Positions 8,856 to 19,423 of a stretch of 64,000 bases of DNA are shown here, in pieces. The notes under the pieces are model-generated. The model was not told the DNA's origin, did not search any database, and was given only the letters and a program-made list of their open reading frames with translations. Numbering within the stretch: position 1 is the stretch's first letter; each line of letters begins with the position of its first letter. The position numbers and the translations under genes are program-made. The stretch is from an uncultured Chitinophagaceae bacterium (GTDB taxonomy: Bacteria > Bacteroidota > Bacteroidia > Chitinophagales > Chitinophagaceae): NCBI GenBank assembly GCA_963817075.1, contig CAWFMT010000008.1:130142-194141 (forward strand), read 5' to 3'.

Positions 8856-9638
8856 ATGATAGAAAACTTTGTCAAGCTTCTCCTGCAAAAGGTGGTTGGT
8901 TTCAACAATTACCTGTTTGCATTTTCGATCTTTTCAATCACAAGATTGAAGATGGGTAAGATTGAAAAGGAATTTCTTCATTTTATGAAGCTAGTTCCTG
9001 ACGGTGGGGTTATCCTGGATATAGGGGCAAATATTGGAATAATGACTGCCCATATTGGTAAGAGGAGAAAGAATTCAACCATCTATTCATTTGAACCTAT
9101 TAAGGAAAACTGCGCTGCCCTAAAGAGGATCATTAAATACTACAAGCTTAAGAATGTGAAGGTCTTTCAATGTGCGTTAGGGGACCATAAAGGCGAAATC
9201 AAAATGGTGATGCCGCAGCAGGGATCTGTAAGAATGCAAGGACTTAGCCATGTAGTGGAAGACAAAGCTGATGAATACAACAAAGGTGTTTATTATACCG
9301 TGCCTCTTGAGAAATTGGATGATTTTCCTGAATTAACTCTAGCCGATAAGATCACAGCCATCAAGATCGATGTTGAAAATTTTGAATACTTCGTGTTGAA
9401 AGGCGGAGAAAAATTATTGGAAAGGCATAAACCAGTTATATACTCCGAGTTATGGGATAATGAGACAAGGACCAACGTTTTTAATTTATTATCAAACCTG
9501 GGATATCAGACTAAAATCAACGAAGGAGATAGCCTGGTGGATTTCAAAGGTCAGGACGCCATGAATTTCATTTTCATTCCTTCAAACGGCGGATCAGCCA
9601 ATGGAAAGGAACAAGAAATACAGGCCATCAAGAATTGA
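8856..9638 (+). CDS. FkbM-family SAM-dependent methyltransferase
   Basis: SAM-binding motif VILDIGANIGIMT. The FEP...AL... and KIDVENFE segments are typical of the FkbM family. Confidence 0.7.
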   Translation: MIENFVKLLLQKVVGFNNYLFAFSIFSITRLKMGKIEKEFLHFMKLVPDGGVILDIGANIGIMTAHIGKRRKNSTIYSFEPIKENCAALKRIIKYYKLKNVKVFQCALGDHKGEIKMVMPQQGSVRMQGLSHVVEDKADEYNKGVYYTVPLEKLDDFPELTLADKITAIKIDVENFEYFVLKGGEKLLERHKPVIYSELWDNETRTNVFNLLSNLGYQTKINEGDSLVDFKGQDAMNFIFIPSNGGSANGKEQEIQAIKN

Positions 9639-9690
9639 GTGAGCCAGCATTAATTTACAATCGCAGCTTTCCGAGAAAAATAAAATAAAA

Positions 9691-9726
9691 AAAAGAGGAG
9701 TTCATTTGAGCTCCTCTTTTCTTTTT
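9691..9726. terminator. bidirectional rho-independent terminator
   Basis: aaaagaggag-ttcatttg-agctcctctttt: a 10-12 bp stem flanked by an A-run and a T-run, between convergent genes. Confidence 0.7.
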
Positions 9727-9741
9727 ATAAGATTGATGTAC

Positions 9742-12636
9742 TTATTGTTTCACGATCTTCTGTGTAAGCGTTGTTCCATTGCTGAATTTCGCTTCAACCA
9801 CGTAATTGCCTGCAGAAAGACTTGAAATATCGATCACTTGCTTGAATGCAGTTCCGCTCTTTGTAGCTGAAACCACTTTAGCACTCTGTCCGTTTGCATT
9901 AAGGAAATTGATCTGCATCGCTCCTGTGATTGCATTGTTTACTTCAACTGTCACATTTGAAACCGCAGGATTTGGATAGACTGATATAGGAGTAACACTT
10001 ACTACTGAGCTTTCAGTCGCAATTGAATTGCTGGATGCCGCTCCCCAAGCGCTCCCGTAGACAATTACCTGAACTGTTGCAGAACTTGTAAGTCCGGAGT
10101 TATCAGTAACTGTAAGCTTGAATACATAAGTACCAGCTGAAAGACCACCTGCTTGCCAATTGGTACTAGAGACAGACCAGAGTGATGCCGTAGTTGGACC
10201 ACTAACCTGGCTCCATGCATAATTAGTTATCCATCCACCCACATCATAAGAACCACTTCCTATCAGAATTAGGCTATTGGGCAACGTGAGATATAGTGTA
10301 TTTGCAGTTGCATTTGCCGTAGGGGCTCCAGGGACTGAACCTCCTCCGCCGCCTCCACCTGTTCCACCATTCACTGTTATCTGAATGTCATCGGTAGCCG
10401 TGCCTCCGGAATTGCTTGTAACAGTCAACCGGAAAACATAAGTACCACCTACAAGACCACTCGCCTGATAATTTGAGGGTGAATAACTGGTCAATGAAGC
10501 TGTATTTGGACCACTTACCTGAGCCCAGTTGAATCCTGTGATATATCCATTTACTGCGTACGATCCACTACCAATCAATATTACGCTGCTGGTAGGTAGA
10601 GTGATACTTTGATCAGGGCCTGCAGCTGCCACCGTGTTACCGCCGCCGCCAGATGGAGGAGGTGGTGGTGGAGTAGTGCCGCTTACAATGACCTGAACAT
10701 CGTCTGTGCCTGTATTGCCAAAAGTATTGGTAACTGTTAACCTGAACACATAGGTTCCTGCAATAAGATTCTTTGCTTCATAATTTGAACTGGACATTCC
10801 GCTTAGAGTTGCAGTATTAGGTCCACTCACCTGAGACCAACCATAGGAAGTGATACTTCCACCGCCCTGGGAGTAAGAACCACTGCCAATCAGCCAAACA
10901 CTATTTGTTGGAAGGGTGATTGACTTATCAGCTCCAGCAGCAGCAATAGCAGGATTTGCACCGCCACCACTACTACCCTGATTAACTGCTACCTGAACGT
11001 TGGCTGTGCTGGTTGCACCTGTGACATCAGATACGCTCAATTTGAATGTATAAGTTCCAGCTGTGAGATTGGTAACTGTTGGATTAGCGATATTAGGACT
11101 TGAAAGAGAATATTGAGAAGGACCAGATTGCAGACTCCAGTTATAACTGAGGTTTGAACCTGAAGAACCACTGCCGTTCAATGCAGTTGAATTAGTTGGC
11201 AGAGTAAGAGTCTGATTAGAACCGGCATTTGCTACAGGAACAGATTGGCTTCCACCACTAACAACTACCTGCATATCATCTGTACCCGTCCCACCGGTAT
11301 TATTAGTAACCGTCAACCGGAATACATATGTTCCGCCAACAAGATTACCAGCCTCCCAATTTGAAGGAGTTGAAGAGGCCATTGCTGCAAGCGAAGCAGT
11401 GTTCGGCCCACTTACCTGACTCCATACATAAGAGGTAATGCTGCCACCACCTTGTGAGTAAGAGCCACTACCAACCAGATAGGCTTTATTAGTAGGAAGT
11501 GAAATATATTGATCTGCTCCAGCTGCTGCAACTGCCGGACTTGGAGTTGGAGAAGACTGAGCAACATTAATTGTGATATCATCTGTTGATGAAGCACCCC
11601 CATTATCAGTCACTCTTAGTCTGAATACATAGGTTCCGCCAACAAGATTTGAAACATTACAATAAGCGGCGGTACTGCTACCGAAACTTGCTGTATTTGG
11701 ACCACTTACCTGACTCCAGCTATATGATGTAATACTTCCATCAGGATCACTGGATCCATTGCCATTCAAACCAGCGGATGCAGTTGCAATCCATTGGTCA
11801 GATCCTGCATTGGCAATTGGGCTGGAATTGCCTGGTGGAGGTGGCGGTGGAGGTGTTCCCGAACGGGAATAACTAAGAAACCATTCAAATAAGTTTTGAG
11901 GACTCTGGAAACCGTGCGTCATATCGTACGCCATATCCCAGATATAATGGTTTCCATAATTATAATAAGTAGCCTTAGCAGTGATTTGCGGGCCACAGGC
12001 ATTAATTCCGTTGATTCCACTTTGAGTGGATCCAACACCTACGATTCCATCGTCATATGCATGAAACCCCCAGACGGCCACACGGTTTTGTGCGATGTTG
12101 CACAAATTGCTCCATTCTGCGGTTGCGCATACCGGCGCAATGGCTGCAAGGTTCGAAGCCGCTGCAGCGGATGAAGAAGCATATTTCCATACTCCTCCTC
12201 CTCCCAGGCTAAGGCCTGTTAGATAGATGCGGTTAGGATCAACACGGAGATTTTGCTTCGCATACTTAATTACTTCATCAATATAGAAGTTCTGCCATTG
12301 CCCGTAGGCAAAGCTAAGCTGCGGAGAAATTACCAGGAATGAGCTGGTTTGACCATTGTAGGTAAAGGTCATAGGCGAACCATCGCGGATGTAGCGTGGA
12401 ATACCTACGCCAAGGAGATTTACGAGGCCGCTGATCGTGCCATCTCCTCTCTCACCAATACCATGTAGAAAAATAATTAAGGGAAAAGTGGCACCCGGAT
12501 TAGCATCATAAGTTGGTGGTTTGAACTCAAGGAAGGGAACTAACACACCATTGGTTGCTGTTACAGAGCGGGATACCTGTTGCGCTGACAGGAAGCTTGG
12601 CACAATCAAGGCCAAAGCAATTAAGAGCTTCTTCAT
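9742..12636 (-). CDS. secreted esterase with ~7 PKD/Ig-like modules, Pro/Gly-rich linkers and a T9SS sorting domain
   Basis: Signal peptide. The esterase core is paralogous to 6443-8347 (FPLIIFLHGIGERGDG, LTGLSLGGGGVW, HAYDDG, GNHYIW). Repeated modules of the type ...SITSYxWSQVSGPNTA...GTYVFRLTVT.... Linkers PPPPPPP and GGTGGGGGGGS. T9SS-type C-terminus (VYPNPAVSNVTVEV...GNYVVEA...KIVKQ). Confidence 0.8.
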   Translation of the reverse strand: MKKLLIALALIVPSFLSAQQVSRSVTATNGVLVPFLEFKPPTYDANPGATFPLIIFLHGIGERGDGTISGLVNLLGVGIPRYIRDGSPMTFTYNGQTSSFLVISPQLSFAYGQWQNFYIDEVIKYAKQNLRVDPNRIYLTGLSLGGGGVWKYASSSAAAASNLAAIAPVCATAEWSNLCNIAQNRVAVWGFHAYDDGIVGVGSTQSGINGINACGPQITAKATYYNYGNHYIWDMAYDMTHGFQSPQNLFEWFLSYSRSGTPPPPPPPGNSSPIANAGSDQWIATASAGLNGNGSSDPDGSITSYSWSQVSGPNTASFGSSTAAYCNVSNLVGGTYVFRLRVTDNGGASSTDDITINVAQSSPTPSPAVAAAGADQYISLPTNKAYLVGSGSYSQGGGSITSYVWSQVSGPNTASLAAMASSTPSNWEAGNLVGGTYVFRLTVTNNTGGTGTDDMQVVVSGGSQSVPVANAGSNQTLTLPTNSTALNGSGSSGSNLSYNWSLQSGPSQYSLSSPNIANPTVTNLTAGTYTFKLSVSDVTGATSTANVQVAVNQGSSGGGANPAIAAAGADKSITLPTNSVWLIGSGSYSQGGGSITSYGWSQVSGPNTATLSGMSSSNYEAKNLIAGTYVFRLTVTNTFGNTGTDDVQVIVSGTTPPPPPPSGGGGNTVAAAGPDQSITLPTSSVILIGSGSYAVNGYITGFNWAQVSGPNTASLTSYSPSNYQASGLVGGTYVFRLTVTSNSGGTATDDIQITVNGGTGGGGGGGSVPGAPTANATANTLYLTLPNSLILIGSGSYDVGGWITNYAWSQVSGPTTASLWSVSSTNWQAGGLSAGTYVFKLTVTDNSGLTSSATVQVIVYGSAWGAASSNSIATESSVVSVTPISVYPNPAVSNVTVEVNNAITGAMQINFLNANGQSAKVVSATKSGTAFKQVIDISSLSAGNYVVEAKFSNGTTLTQKIVKQ

Positions 12637-13080
12637 AAGTACTTGTACATTTTATCAGTAAACAAAAAGGCATGGACGTACCGTTCAGGCATAATAAGCC
12701 CGTTGCACTCTGCAGTGATTTTTTTTAAATCAATAACTACTTCATCTGCAGTAGTGCCAGAAAAATAACAACCTCACAAAATCTCCGATAATGGTTTAAT
12801 GGAAATCCTAGGTTAAAGAGACAAGGGGTTCAACCGGTTTTCACAGGAATGGATTTTTACAGGTGATGCGAAATTTACAAGAACCATACCAAATGGAAGT
12901 TATAACACAGAATGGGCAATTGATTCCAGTTAATAAATTGCAAACGCGGTCTGGAAGCGGCTTTTCAGCAATGCACTATTAAGTTTGAGAAAAAATTTCA
13001 ACTGGTAACTAAGCAGTTACCCTTAGATTTTTTGTTATTTCATTGAGATAGTATGCAACAGTTAACAAGCGGTTAACCAC

Positions 13081-13106
13081 AAAAAAAAAGCTGCCTCCCG
13101 GCAGCC
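13081..13106 (-). terminator. rho-independent terminator of 13130-17968
   Basis: On the minus strand: gctgcc-ggga-ggcagc followed by T9. Confidence 0.7.
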
Positions 13107-13129
13107 TTTCATTTTATTCCAATTCCTTG

Positions 13130-16100
13130 TTACTGTTTAAGAAATTTTCTGACCATACGTTTCTTATTACTAATGATGGCCTCAACATAATATGTTCCGG
13201 GATTCAAAGAAACAAGATTGATTTCCTGTTCAAAATGTGATTGTCCCTTTACTGCTTCGTAGGATCTTACAAGAGTTCCATTCATATCCAGTATCCTGAT
13301 CATCAGAATACCGGTACTATCACTCACACACTTCAATCGAGCTACACCCTGAACTGGATTTGGGGAGATTGTCAATTCTTCTTCAAAACGGAAGTTGTTG
13401 ACAACCGATACATACATTGAATCCTTACCAATCTCGCCATCGTTATCTGTAACTACCAATTCAAATAGGTAATCACCAGGTTGCAGATTATTTGCACTTG
13501 TTATAGGCAGCGCATTATTAGCGATAATGGATGCTGATGGACCTGCCACCTGCCTCCATTGGAATCTTGTAATATTTCCATCAGGATCTGAAGAGCTGGT
13601 TCCATTCAACCAGACCGCTGAGGCTGGGATTGCAATTGTTGTATCACGGCCGGCACGGGCCACTGGCGGTAAATTCTGAATTGGAAGTACAGTCACTTTT
13701 ACATCATCTGATGCAGTTGCGCCATCGTTGTCTGTTACTGTTAAGTGGAAAACATATTCACCAGCAATGAGGCCCACAACTATCGGAGTTGCTGTGGTAG
13801 AACTGACAATAGTCAATCCCGCAGGGCCACTTACTCTTGTCCAGCTATAACTTACAATGGTTCCATCAGGATCATATGAAGCAGATCCATTTAATTGTCT
13901 TGAAGCCGCAGGTAAGATCACATTAACATCGTTCCCTGCATTGGCAACTGGTAATTGATTTGGACGTGGCTGAACAACTATTGAAACAAAGTCTTCAGCA
14001 ATACCGCCACTATTATCTGTTACCACCAATCTGAATACATATGTTCCTTCAAAAAGATTGGTGACTGTAGTTGTAGGTGAGGTTCCGTTATTTATAGTGA
14101 ATGAAGCTGGTCCGGAAACTTTAGACCATGCATAACTAATGATAGTTCCATCCACATCGCCAGACCCACTTCCATCAAGCGTAACGCTATTAGTGGGCAG
14201 TGTAATGGTCTGGTCAATACCCGCATTTGCAACAGGCAATACATTTGGTGGTGGTGGTGCTGGGTTCACATTAACAACAACTGTATCGTCATCGGATGCT
14301 CCACTATTATCTGATACACTCAGTCTAAAGGAATAGGTTCCCTGGGTTAGTCCATTCACAATAGTGGTTGAACCATTTCCATTCACAATATTGTAAGCTC
14401 CAGGCCCTGAAATCTTCGTCCAGGAATAGAATGCAATGGTCCCGTCAGGATCAGAAGATGCGCTTCCATCAAGTGTGACTGAATTTGTTGGTAGCGTAAT
14501 AGATTGATCGCTCCCTGCATTTGCATTCGGTGAAACATTTGCCGGAGGTGGAGCAGGATTTACAACAACCGTCACTGTATCACTATCCGTTGCTCCGCTA
14601 TTATCAGTAACAACAAGTCTGAATGAATAGGTCCCTTGTGTCAGACTACCCACAGAAGTTGTTGCAGAATTTCCATTCGCAATATTATAAGAAGCTGGGC
14701 CTGCAATTTTCGTCCAGGAATACGATACAATCGATCCATCTGGATCAGAAGATCCACTCCCATCAACTGTTACTGTATTGGAAGGCAATGTGATTGATTG
14801 ATCGCTCCCTGCATTTGCAACAGGTGAAACATTTGCAGGTGGTGGTGCAGGATTCACAACTATAACCACGGTATCACTACTTGTTGCTCCGTTATTATCA
14901 GTAACAACAAGCCTGAATGAATAAGTTCCTTGTGTTAGACTATTTACAGAAGTTGTTGCAGAATTACCATTCGCAATATTATAAGAAGATGGGCCTGCAA
15001 TTTTCGTCCAGGAATATGACACTATCGATCCATCTGGATCAGAAGAGCCACTTCCGTCAAGTGTTACTGAATTAGAAGGCAATGTGATTGATTGATCGCT
15101 CCCTGCATTTGCAACAGGTGATACATTTGCAGGTGGTGGTGCAGGATTCACAACTATAACCACGGTATCACTACTTGTTGCTCCATTATTATCTGTAACA
15201 ACTAATCTAAATGAATAGGTTCCCTGTGTGAGATTATTCACCGCAGTAGTTGCTGCATTGCCGCTTACAATATTATATGATGACGGACCTGAGATCCTGG
15301 TCCATGAATACGATACGATCGTTCCATCAGGATCAGAAGAACTACTTCCGTCAAGTGTTGAAGTGTTTGTTGGCAAGGTGATCGACTGATCAGCACCCGC
15401 GTTTGCGTTTGGCGAAACATTTGGCGGCGGTGGCGCAGGGTTTACTGCAATTACCACGGTATCATCATCTGATGCACCATTATTATCAGTTACAACTAAT
15501 CTGAATGAATAAGTTCCCTGAGTCAAATTATTTATCGCAGTACTTACAGAATTTCCATTCGCGATATTGTATGAAGCAGGACCCGATATTTTACTCCATG
15601 AATAACTGCTGATTGTTCCATCAGGATCTGAGGATGCAGAACCATTCAGGGTAACAGTATTCACTGGTAATGTTATCGATTGATTAGCACCTGCATTTGC
15701 AATAGGGGCAACATTCGTAGGTGGTGGAACAGGGTTAACGGTCACAAGTACAGTATCATCATCCGAAGCACCACTATTATCGGTTACTACCAGGCGGAAT
15801 GAATAAGTTCCCTGAGCAAGATTGTTAACGGCTGTTGTGGCCGAATTTGCATTTACAATTGTGGAAGAAGCCGGACCTGAAATTTTTGTCCATACATATG
15901 AGCTGATCGTTCCATCAGAGTCCGTAGAACCTGAACCATCAATTGTTATGCTATTTGTAGGAAGGGTTATTGACTGATCACTTCCAGCCCTCGCAACCGG
16001 AGCAACATTTGGTGGAGGTGGAGCAGGATTCACTACTATCACCACGGTATCATCATCTGTCCCTCCATTATTATCAGTTACAAAAAGTCTGAATGAATAT

Positions 16101-17968
16101 GTTCCCTGAGTAAGATTATTTACCGCAGTTGTTGCAGCATTTGCATTTACAATTGTTGAAGAAGCAGGACCTGATATTTTAGTCCATGCATATGAATTGA
16201 TGGTTCCATCAGCATCAGTTGACCCGGTTCCATTTAATGAAATGGTACTAGTCGGCAGAGTGATAGATTGATCCGTTCCTGCATTTGCTACAGGAGGTGT
16301 ATTTGGGGTTGAGTTGATAACAGTCACCTTCATTGTATCATAAGCTACAGCTCCACGATTATCAGTGACGGCTACCCGAAAATTATAAACTCCAGCAATC
16401 AGACTAACTGCCTGTGCATTGGAACCTGAAACTGAAGTAAGATTTGCTGGGGAAGGTCCATTGACCTGGGACCAGACAAAACTCGCAATTGTTCCGTCAA
16501 CATCATAGGAACCACTTCCTACCAATAGAGCAGTATTTGTGGGTAGATTCAAAACCTGATCTGCTCCTGCTTGTGCAACAGGCACAGTATTCACGGTAAC
16601 ACTTACAGTAGCAGTACCAGTTGCTCCAAGATTATCAGTTACAGATAACCGGAAAACATATACGCCCTGAACAAGATTATTTACCTGAGTGCTCACACTT
16701 CCTGCGGAAATAATGTTGGATGAAGCAGGACCTGATACTTTGGTCCAGCTATATGATGCAACTGATCCATCAGGATCCGATGAACCAGATCCATTAAGTG
16801 TTATGCTGCTTGTTGGGGTGTGTATGAGTTGATCTGACCCGGCATTAGCAATGGGCGACAAATTAGCTCCCTGCAAAACTGTAATACTCACAACATCCGA
16901 AGACGAAGCACCCACATTATCTGTAACAGTCAGCTGAAAACTATATACTCCTTGTGCAAGATTACTTATTGTTGTATTTACAGAATTTGCAGACCCGATA
17001 GTAAATGAAGAGGGCCCCGAAATCTTAGTCCATGAATATGATGTAATACTTCCATCAGGATCACTTGATCCGCTACCACTTAAGTTTACACTATTTGTTG
17101 GTAGGGATATTGTTTGATCGGCGCCGGCATTCGCAACAGGAAGAACATTTGGAGGTAACGTGCTCCTCGTTTGATTAAGGAACCATTCATAAATATTTAC
17201 AGGCGATTGCCAATTATGCAATGTATCATAGGCCATATCCCATATGAAATGATTACCGTTGGGATAGATGGTCATTTTAGGCGGAGTTGGAGAAAGAGGA
17301 TTACAGGCATTTAGCATTCCTATTGCACCCGTAGTACATCCAACACCTACCAGGCCATCATCAACCGCGTGGAAAGCCCAAACAGGTGTATTGGCCTGGG
17401 CCAGATTACATATGTTAGAACTCCAGTCGCAGGTACCACAAACCGGAGCAATTGCTGCTACCTGTTTTGCATTGCTGACTGATGCATTCACATAACCCCA
17501 AACACCACCACCTCCAAGACTTAATCCGGTTAGGTAGATCCTGTTAGTATCAACTCTCAGATTTTGCTTGGCATACTTGATCATCTCCTCAACATAATAA
17601 GGAGGCCAGTTGCCGAGATGCGGAGCTAATTGAGGAGATATAACCAGGAACGTCTGCCATTGTCCATTCACATAAAAACGCATTGGTGATCCGGCAGCGA
17701 TATATCTTGGAATTGCATTTGCAGCAACATTAAGCAGATCTGTTGTTCCATTACCTCTTTCTCCAATTCCATGAAGGAATATGATCAAGGGATATTTCGT
17801 TTGTGGATTGGCGTTGTAATCAACGGGTTTGTATTCGAGGAAGCCAATGAAAACTCCATTGGATCCAGTGAGAGAACGCGCAATTTGTTGGGAATAGGAA
17901 AACTGTGTACAGGCTAGGGCTAATACAAATAAAAACAGTCTTCCTGTGAAGTACAGTTTGGTTTTCAT
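13130..17968 (-). CDS. secreted esterase with 13 PKD modules and a T9SS sorting domain
   Basis: Signal peptide. Paralogous esterase core (YPLIIFLHGIGERGNG, LTGLSLGGGGVW, HAVDDG, GNHFIW). 13 consecutive ~95-98-aa PKD modules (ANAGxDQxITLP...GSxSSDPDGxIxSYxWTKISGP...GTYSFRLVVTDNxG). T9SS-type C-terminus (ISPNPVQGVARL...GTYYVEA...KFLKQ). Confidence 0.85.
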   Translation of the reverse strand: MKTKLYFTGRLFLFVLALACTQFSYSQQIARSLTGSNGVFIGFLEYKPVDYNANPQTKYPLIIFLHGIGERGNGTTDLLNVAANAIPRYIAAGSPMRFYVNGQWQTFLVISPQLAPHLGNWPPYYVEEMIKYAKQNLRVDTNRIYLTGLSLGGGGVWGYVNASVSNAKQVAAIAPVCGTCDWSSNICNLAQANTPVWAFHAVDDGLVGVGCTTGAIGMLNACNPLSPTPPKMTIYPNGNHFIWDMAYDTLHNWQSPVNIYEWFLNQTRSTLPPNVLPVANAGADQTISLPTNSVNLSGSGSSDPDGSITSYSWTKISGPSSFTIGSANSVNTTISNLAQGVYSFQLTVTDNVGASSSDVVSITVLQGANLSPIANAGSDQLIHTPTSSITLNGSGSSDPDGSVASYSWTKVSGPASSNIISAGSVSTQVNNLVQGVYVFRLSVTDNLGATGTATVSVTVNTVPVAQAGADQVLNLPTNTALLVGSGSYDVDGTIASFVWSQVNGPSPANLTSVSGSNAQAVSLIAGVYNFRVAVTDNRGAVAYDTMKVTVINSTPNTPPVANAGTDQSITLPTSTISLNGTGSTDADGTINSYAWTKISGPASSTIVNANAATTAVNNLTQGTYSFRLFVTDNNGGTDDDTVVIVVNPAPPPPNVAPVARAGSDQSITLPTNSITIDGSGSTDSDGTISSYVWTKISGPASSTIVNANSATTAVNNLAQGTYSFRLVVTDNSGASDDDTVLVTVNPVPPPTNVAPIANAGANQSITLPVNTVTLNGSASSDPDGTISSYSWSKISGPASYNIANGNSVSTAINNLTQGTYSFRLVVTDNNGASDDDTVVIAVNPAPPPPNVSPNANAGADQSITLPTNTSTLDGSSSSDPDGTIVSYSWTRISGPSSYNIVSGNAATTAVNNLTQGTYSFRLVVTDNNGATSSDTVVIVVNPAPPPANVSPVANAGSDQSITLPSNSVTLDGSGSSDPDGSIVSYSWTKIAGPSSYNIANGNSATTSVNSLTQGTYSFRLVVTDNNGATSSDTVVIVVNPAPPPANVSPVANAGSDQSITLPSNTVTVDGSGSSDPDGSIVSYSWTKIAGPASYNIANGNSATTSVGSLTQGTYSFRLVVTDNSGATDSDTVTVVVNPAPPPANVSPNANAGSDQSITLPTNSVTLDGSASSDPDGTIAFYSWTKISGPGAYNIVNGNGSTTIVNGLTQGTYSFRLSVSDNSGASDDDTVVVNVNPAPPPPNVLPVANAGIDQTITLPTNSVTLDGSGSGDVDGTIISYAWSKVSGPASFTINNGTSPTTTVTNLFEGTYVFRLVVTDNSGGIAEDFVSIVVQPRPNQLPVANAGNDVNVILPAASRQLNGSASYDPDGTIVSYSWTRVSGPAGLTIVSSTTATPIVVGLIAGEYVFHLTVTDNDGATASDDVKVTVLPIQNLPPVARAGRDTTIAIPASAVWLNGTSSSDPDGNITRFQWRQVAGPSASIIANNALPITSANNLQPGDYLFELVVTDNDGEIGKDSMYVSVVNNFRFEEELTISPNPVQGVARLKCVSDSTGILMIRILDMNGTLVRSYEAVKGQSHFEQEINLVSLNPGTYYVEAIISNKKRMVRKFLKQ
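13970..16315. repeat. intragenic tandem repeat with a 294-bp period (PKD modules 4-11); near-identical copies at ~14557-15439
   Basis: The string aggtggtggtgcaggattcacaactataaccacggtatcactacttgttgctcc occurs at 14837 and at 15131 (offset 294). Modules 7-9 differ by only a few residues. Confidence 0.8.
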
Positions 17969-18227
17969 AAGCTCGGATTTTCAATTAGGACTCGGGTACT
18001 GGTACTGGATATAACTATAACGTGTAGCTGCGCTACCCTACCATAACGTTTGACCGGTATTCTAAAGTACATCCCCAACTTATTTTCTTTGATGCAGCAG
18101 CAGTTACGAAAGAAGAAAAACTGTTTTGAAAGGGTTGGGGAATCACAAAGCGCTTAAAAACAGCAAATTAAAGACCAGAAACTATCGTAAAAACCACAAG
18201 TGAGGAAATTGTGGAAAATTCGGTTGC

Positions 18228-19418
18228 TCAAGACGTATAGGTCTTGGGTGTATGCAGAAATTCTGTCCTCTTGCGTTTGATTTTTAGCAAGGCTTTTATC
18301 ATGGAGAGAATAAGTGCAGGAAGATGCAGAATCGCGCTCAACATCTGGCGGTTATAAAGCTTACCGGGAATTGCAAACAGCAGTGAAAACGCAAACATGC
18401 AATCCATAACGATCCACCAAAGGAGTGGCGGCAGTATGGGGAGACTGAGAAGTGTGCCAACCATCATAAGAAGTGTGAAGAAAGCAAGGGCAACTATATA
18501 GAGGCTGCGCGGTAGAATAATTGTCTGAATGAATTTGGAATAGAAATTCAGATTTCTACTTGCCTCTTTCATATCGGAGCTCAGGAACCTTTTGAAATGA
18601 GTAAGCTGGGCTTCGAGCCACCGAACTCTTTGCTTCTCGAATACCTGGGAGCTTGATACCTTTTCATCCAGAACAATGGCATCGTCAATATATTCAACAA
18701 TGATATTCTCCTTCATCAACTGCATATCCACTTCACGATCTTCGCCTGGATTATCCAGGATATGAGGAAGATTGAAAATGTCCCTGATATTTGTAAACCG
18801 GAAGGCCATGCCAGATCCGATCAAAGCAGCCGATAATCCAAGTGCCCTTGGTCCCTTTCTGAACAAATGATTATTGATCTCCTCGCTAACAGCATCCAGA
18901 AAAGCTACCGGGGTTTGTTTATTCTTTGCTGTCCGATGGCATTGTACTGCCTGATATCCTTTATCAAAAGCTGAATTCACTTTGTCAAGACAGCCATCCT
19001 CCATTATATTATCTGCATCAAGAATCATTGCGATATCATATGCCGATCCATCAATTGATTGAAGACAGGCCTGCAGGGATTTAGCCTTGGTGCTGGAAAT
19101 GAAATCCACTCTCGTGACATTGACGGGGATAGACTTCAATTTCCCGATTGTCTCCTCACGAAGCTTGTCTGCGATGACGAAGACTTTAAATTCTCCCGTT
19201 CCATAATTATGAGCCGCCGCCCTGGCTGCGGTTTCCAGAATTACATTGTCCTCCTTATATGCAGGAATGATCAGGGCAATTCTTCTCTTTTCAGAAACAT
19301 GCAAATACCTTGATCGTTTTCTAACCAACCCTGCAATAGATAATATAAGAAGGAAAACTATTCCCAGGAAGAGATAGGCAAAGATCAAGGACATCAAAAT
19401 ATACCCAGCGATTTGCAT
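18228..19418 (-). CDS. membrane-bound family-2 glycosyltransferase, processive-synthase type
   Basis: N-terminal TM segment, then a GT-A core (IIPAYKEDN, ILDADN). Q(R)xRW-type motif EKQRVRWLEAQ, followed by C-terminal TM helices. Confidence 0.7.
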   Translation of the reverse strand: MQIAGYILMSLIFAYLFLGIVFLLILSIAGLVRKRSRYLHVSEKRRIALIIPAYKEDNVILETAARAAAHNYGTGEFKVFVIADKLREETIGKLKSIPVNVTRVDFISSTKAKSLQACLQSIDGSAYDIAMILDADNIMEDGCLDKVNSAFDKGYQAVQCHRTAKNKQTPVAFLDAVSEEINNHLFRKGPRALGLSAALIGSGMAFRFTNIRDIFNLPHILDNPGEDREVDMQLMKENIIVEYIDDAIVLDEKVSSSQVFEKQRVRWLEAQLTHFKRFLSSDMKEASRNLNFYSKFIQTIILPRSLYIVALAFFTLLMMVGTLLSLPILPPLLWWIVMDCMFAFSLLFAIPGKLYNRQMLSAILHLPALILSMIKALLKIKRKRTEFLHTPKTYTS

Positions 19419-19423
19419 GTGGC

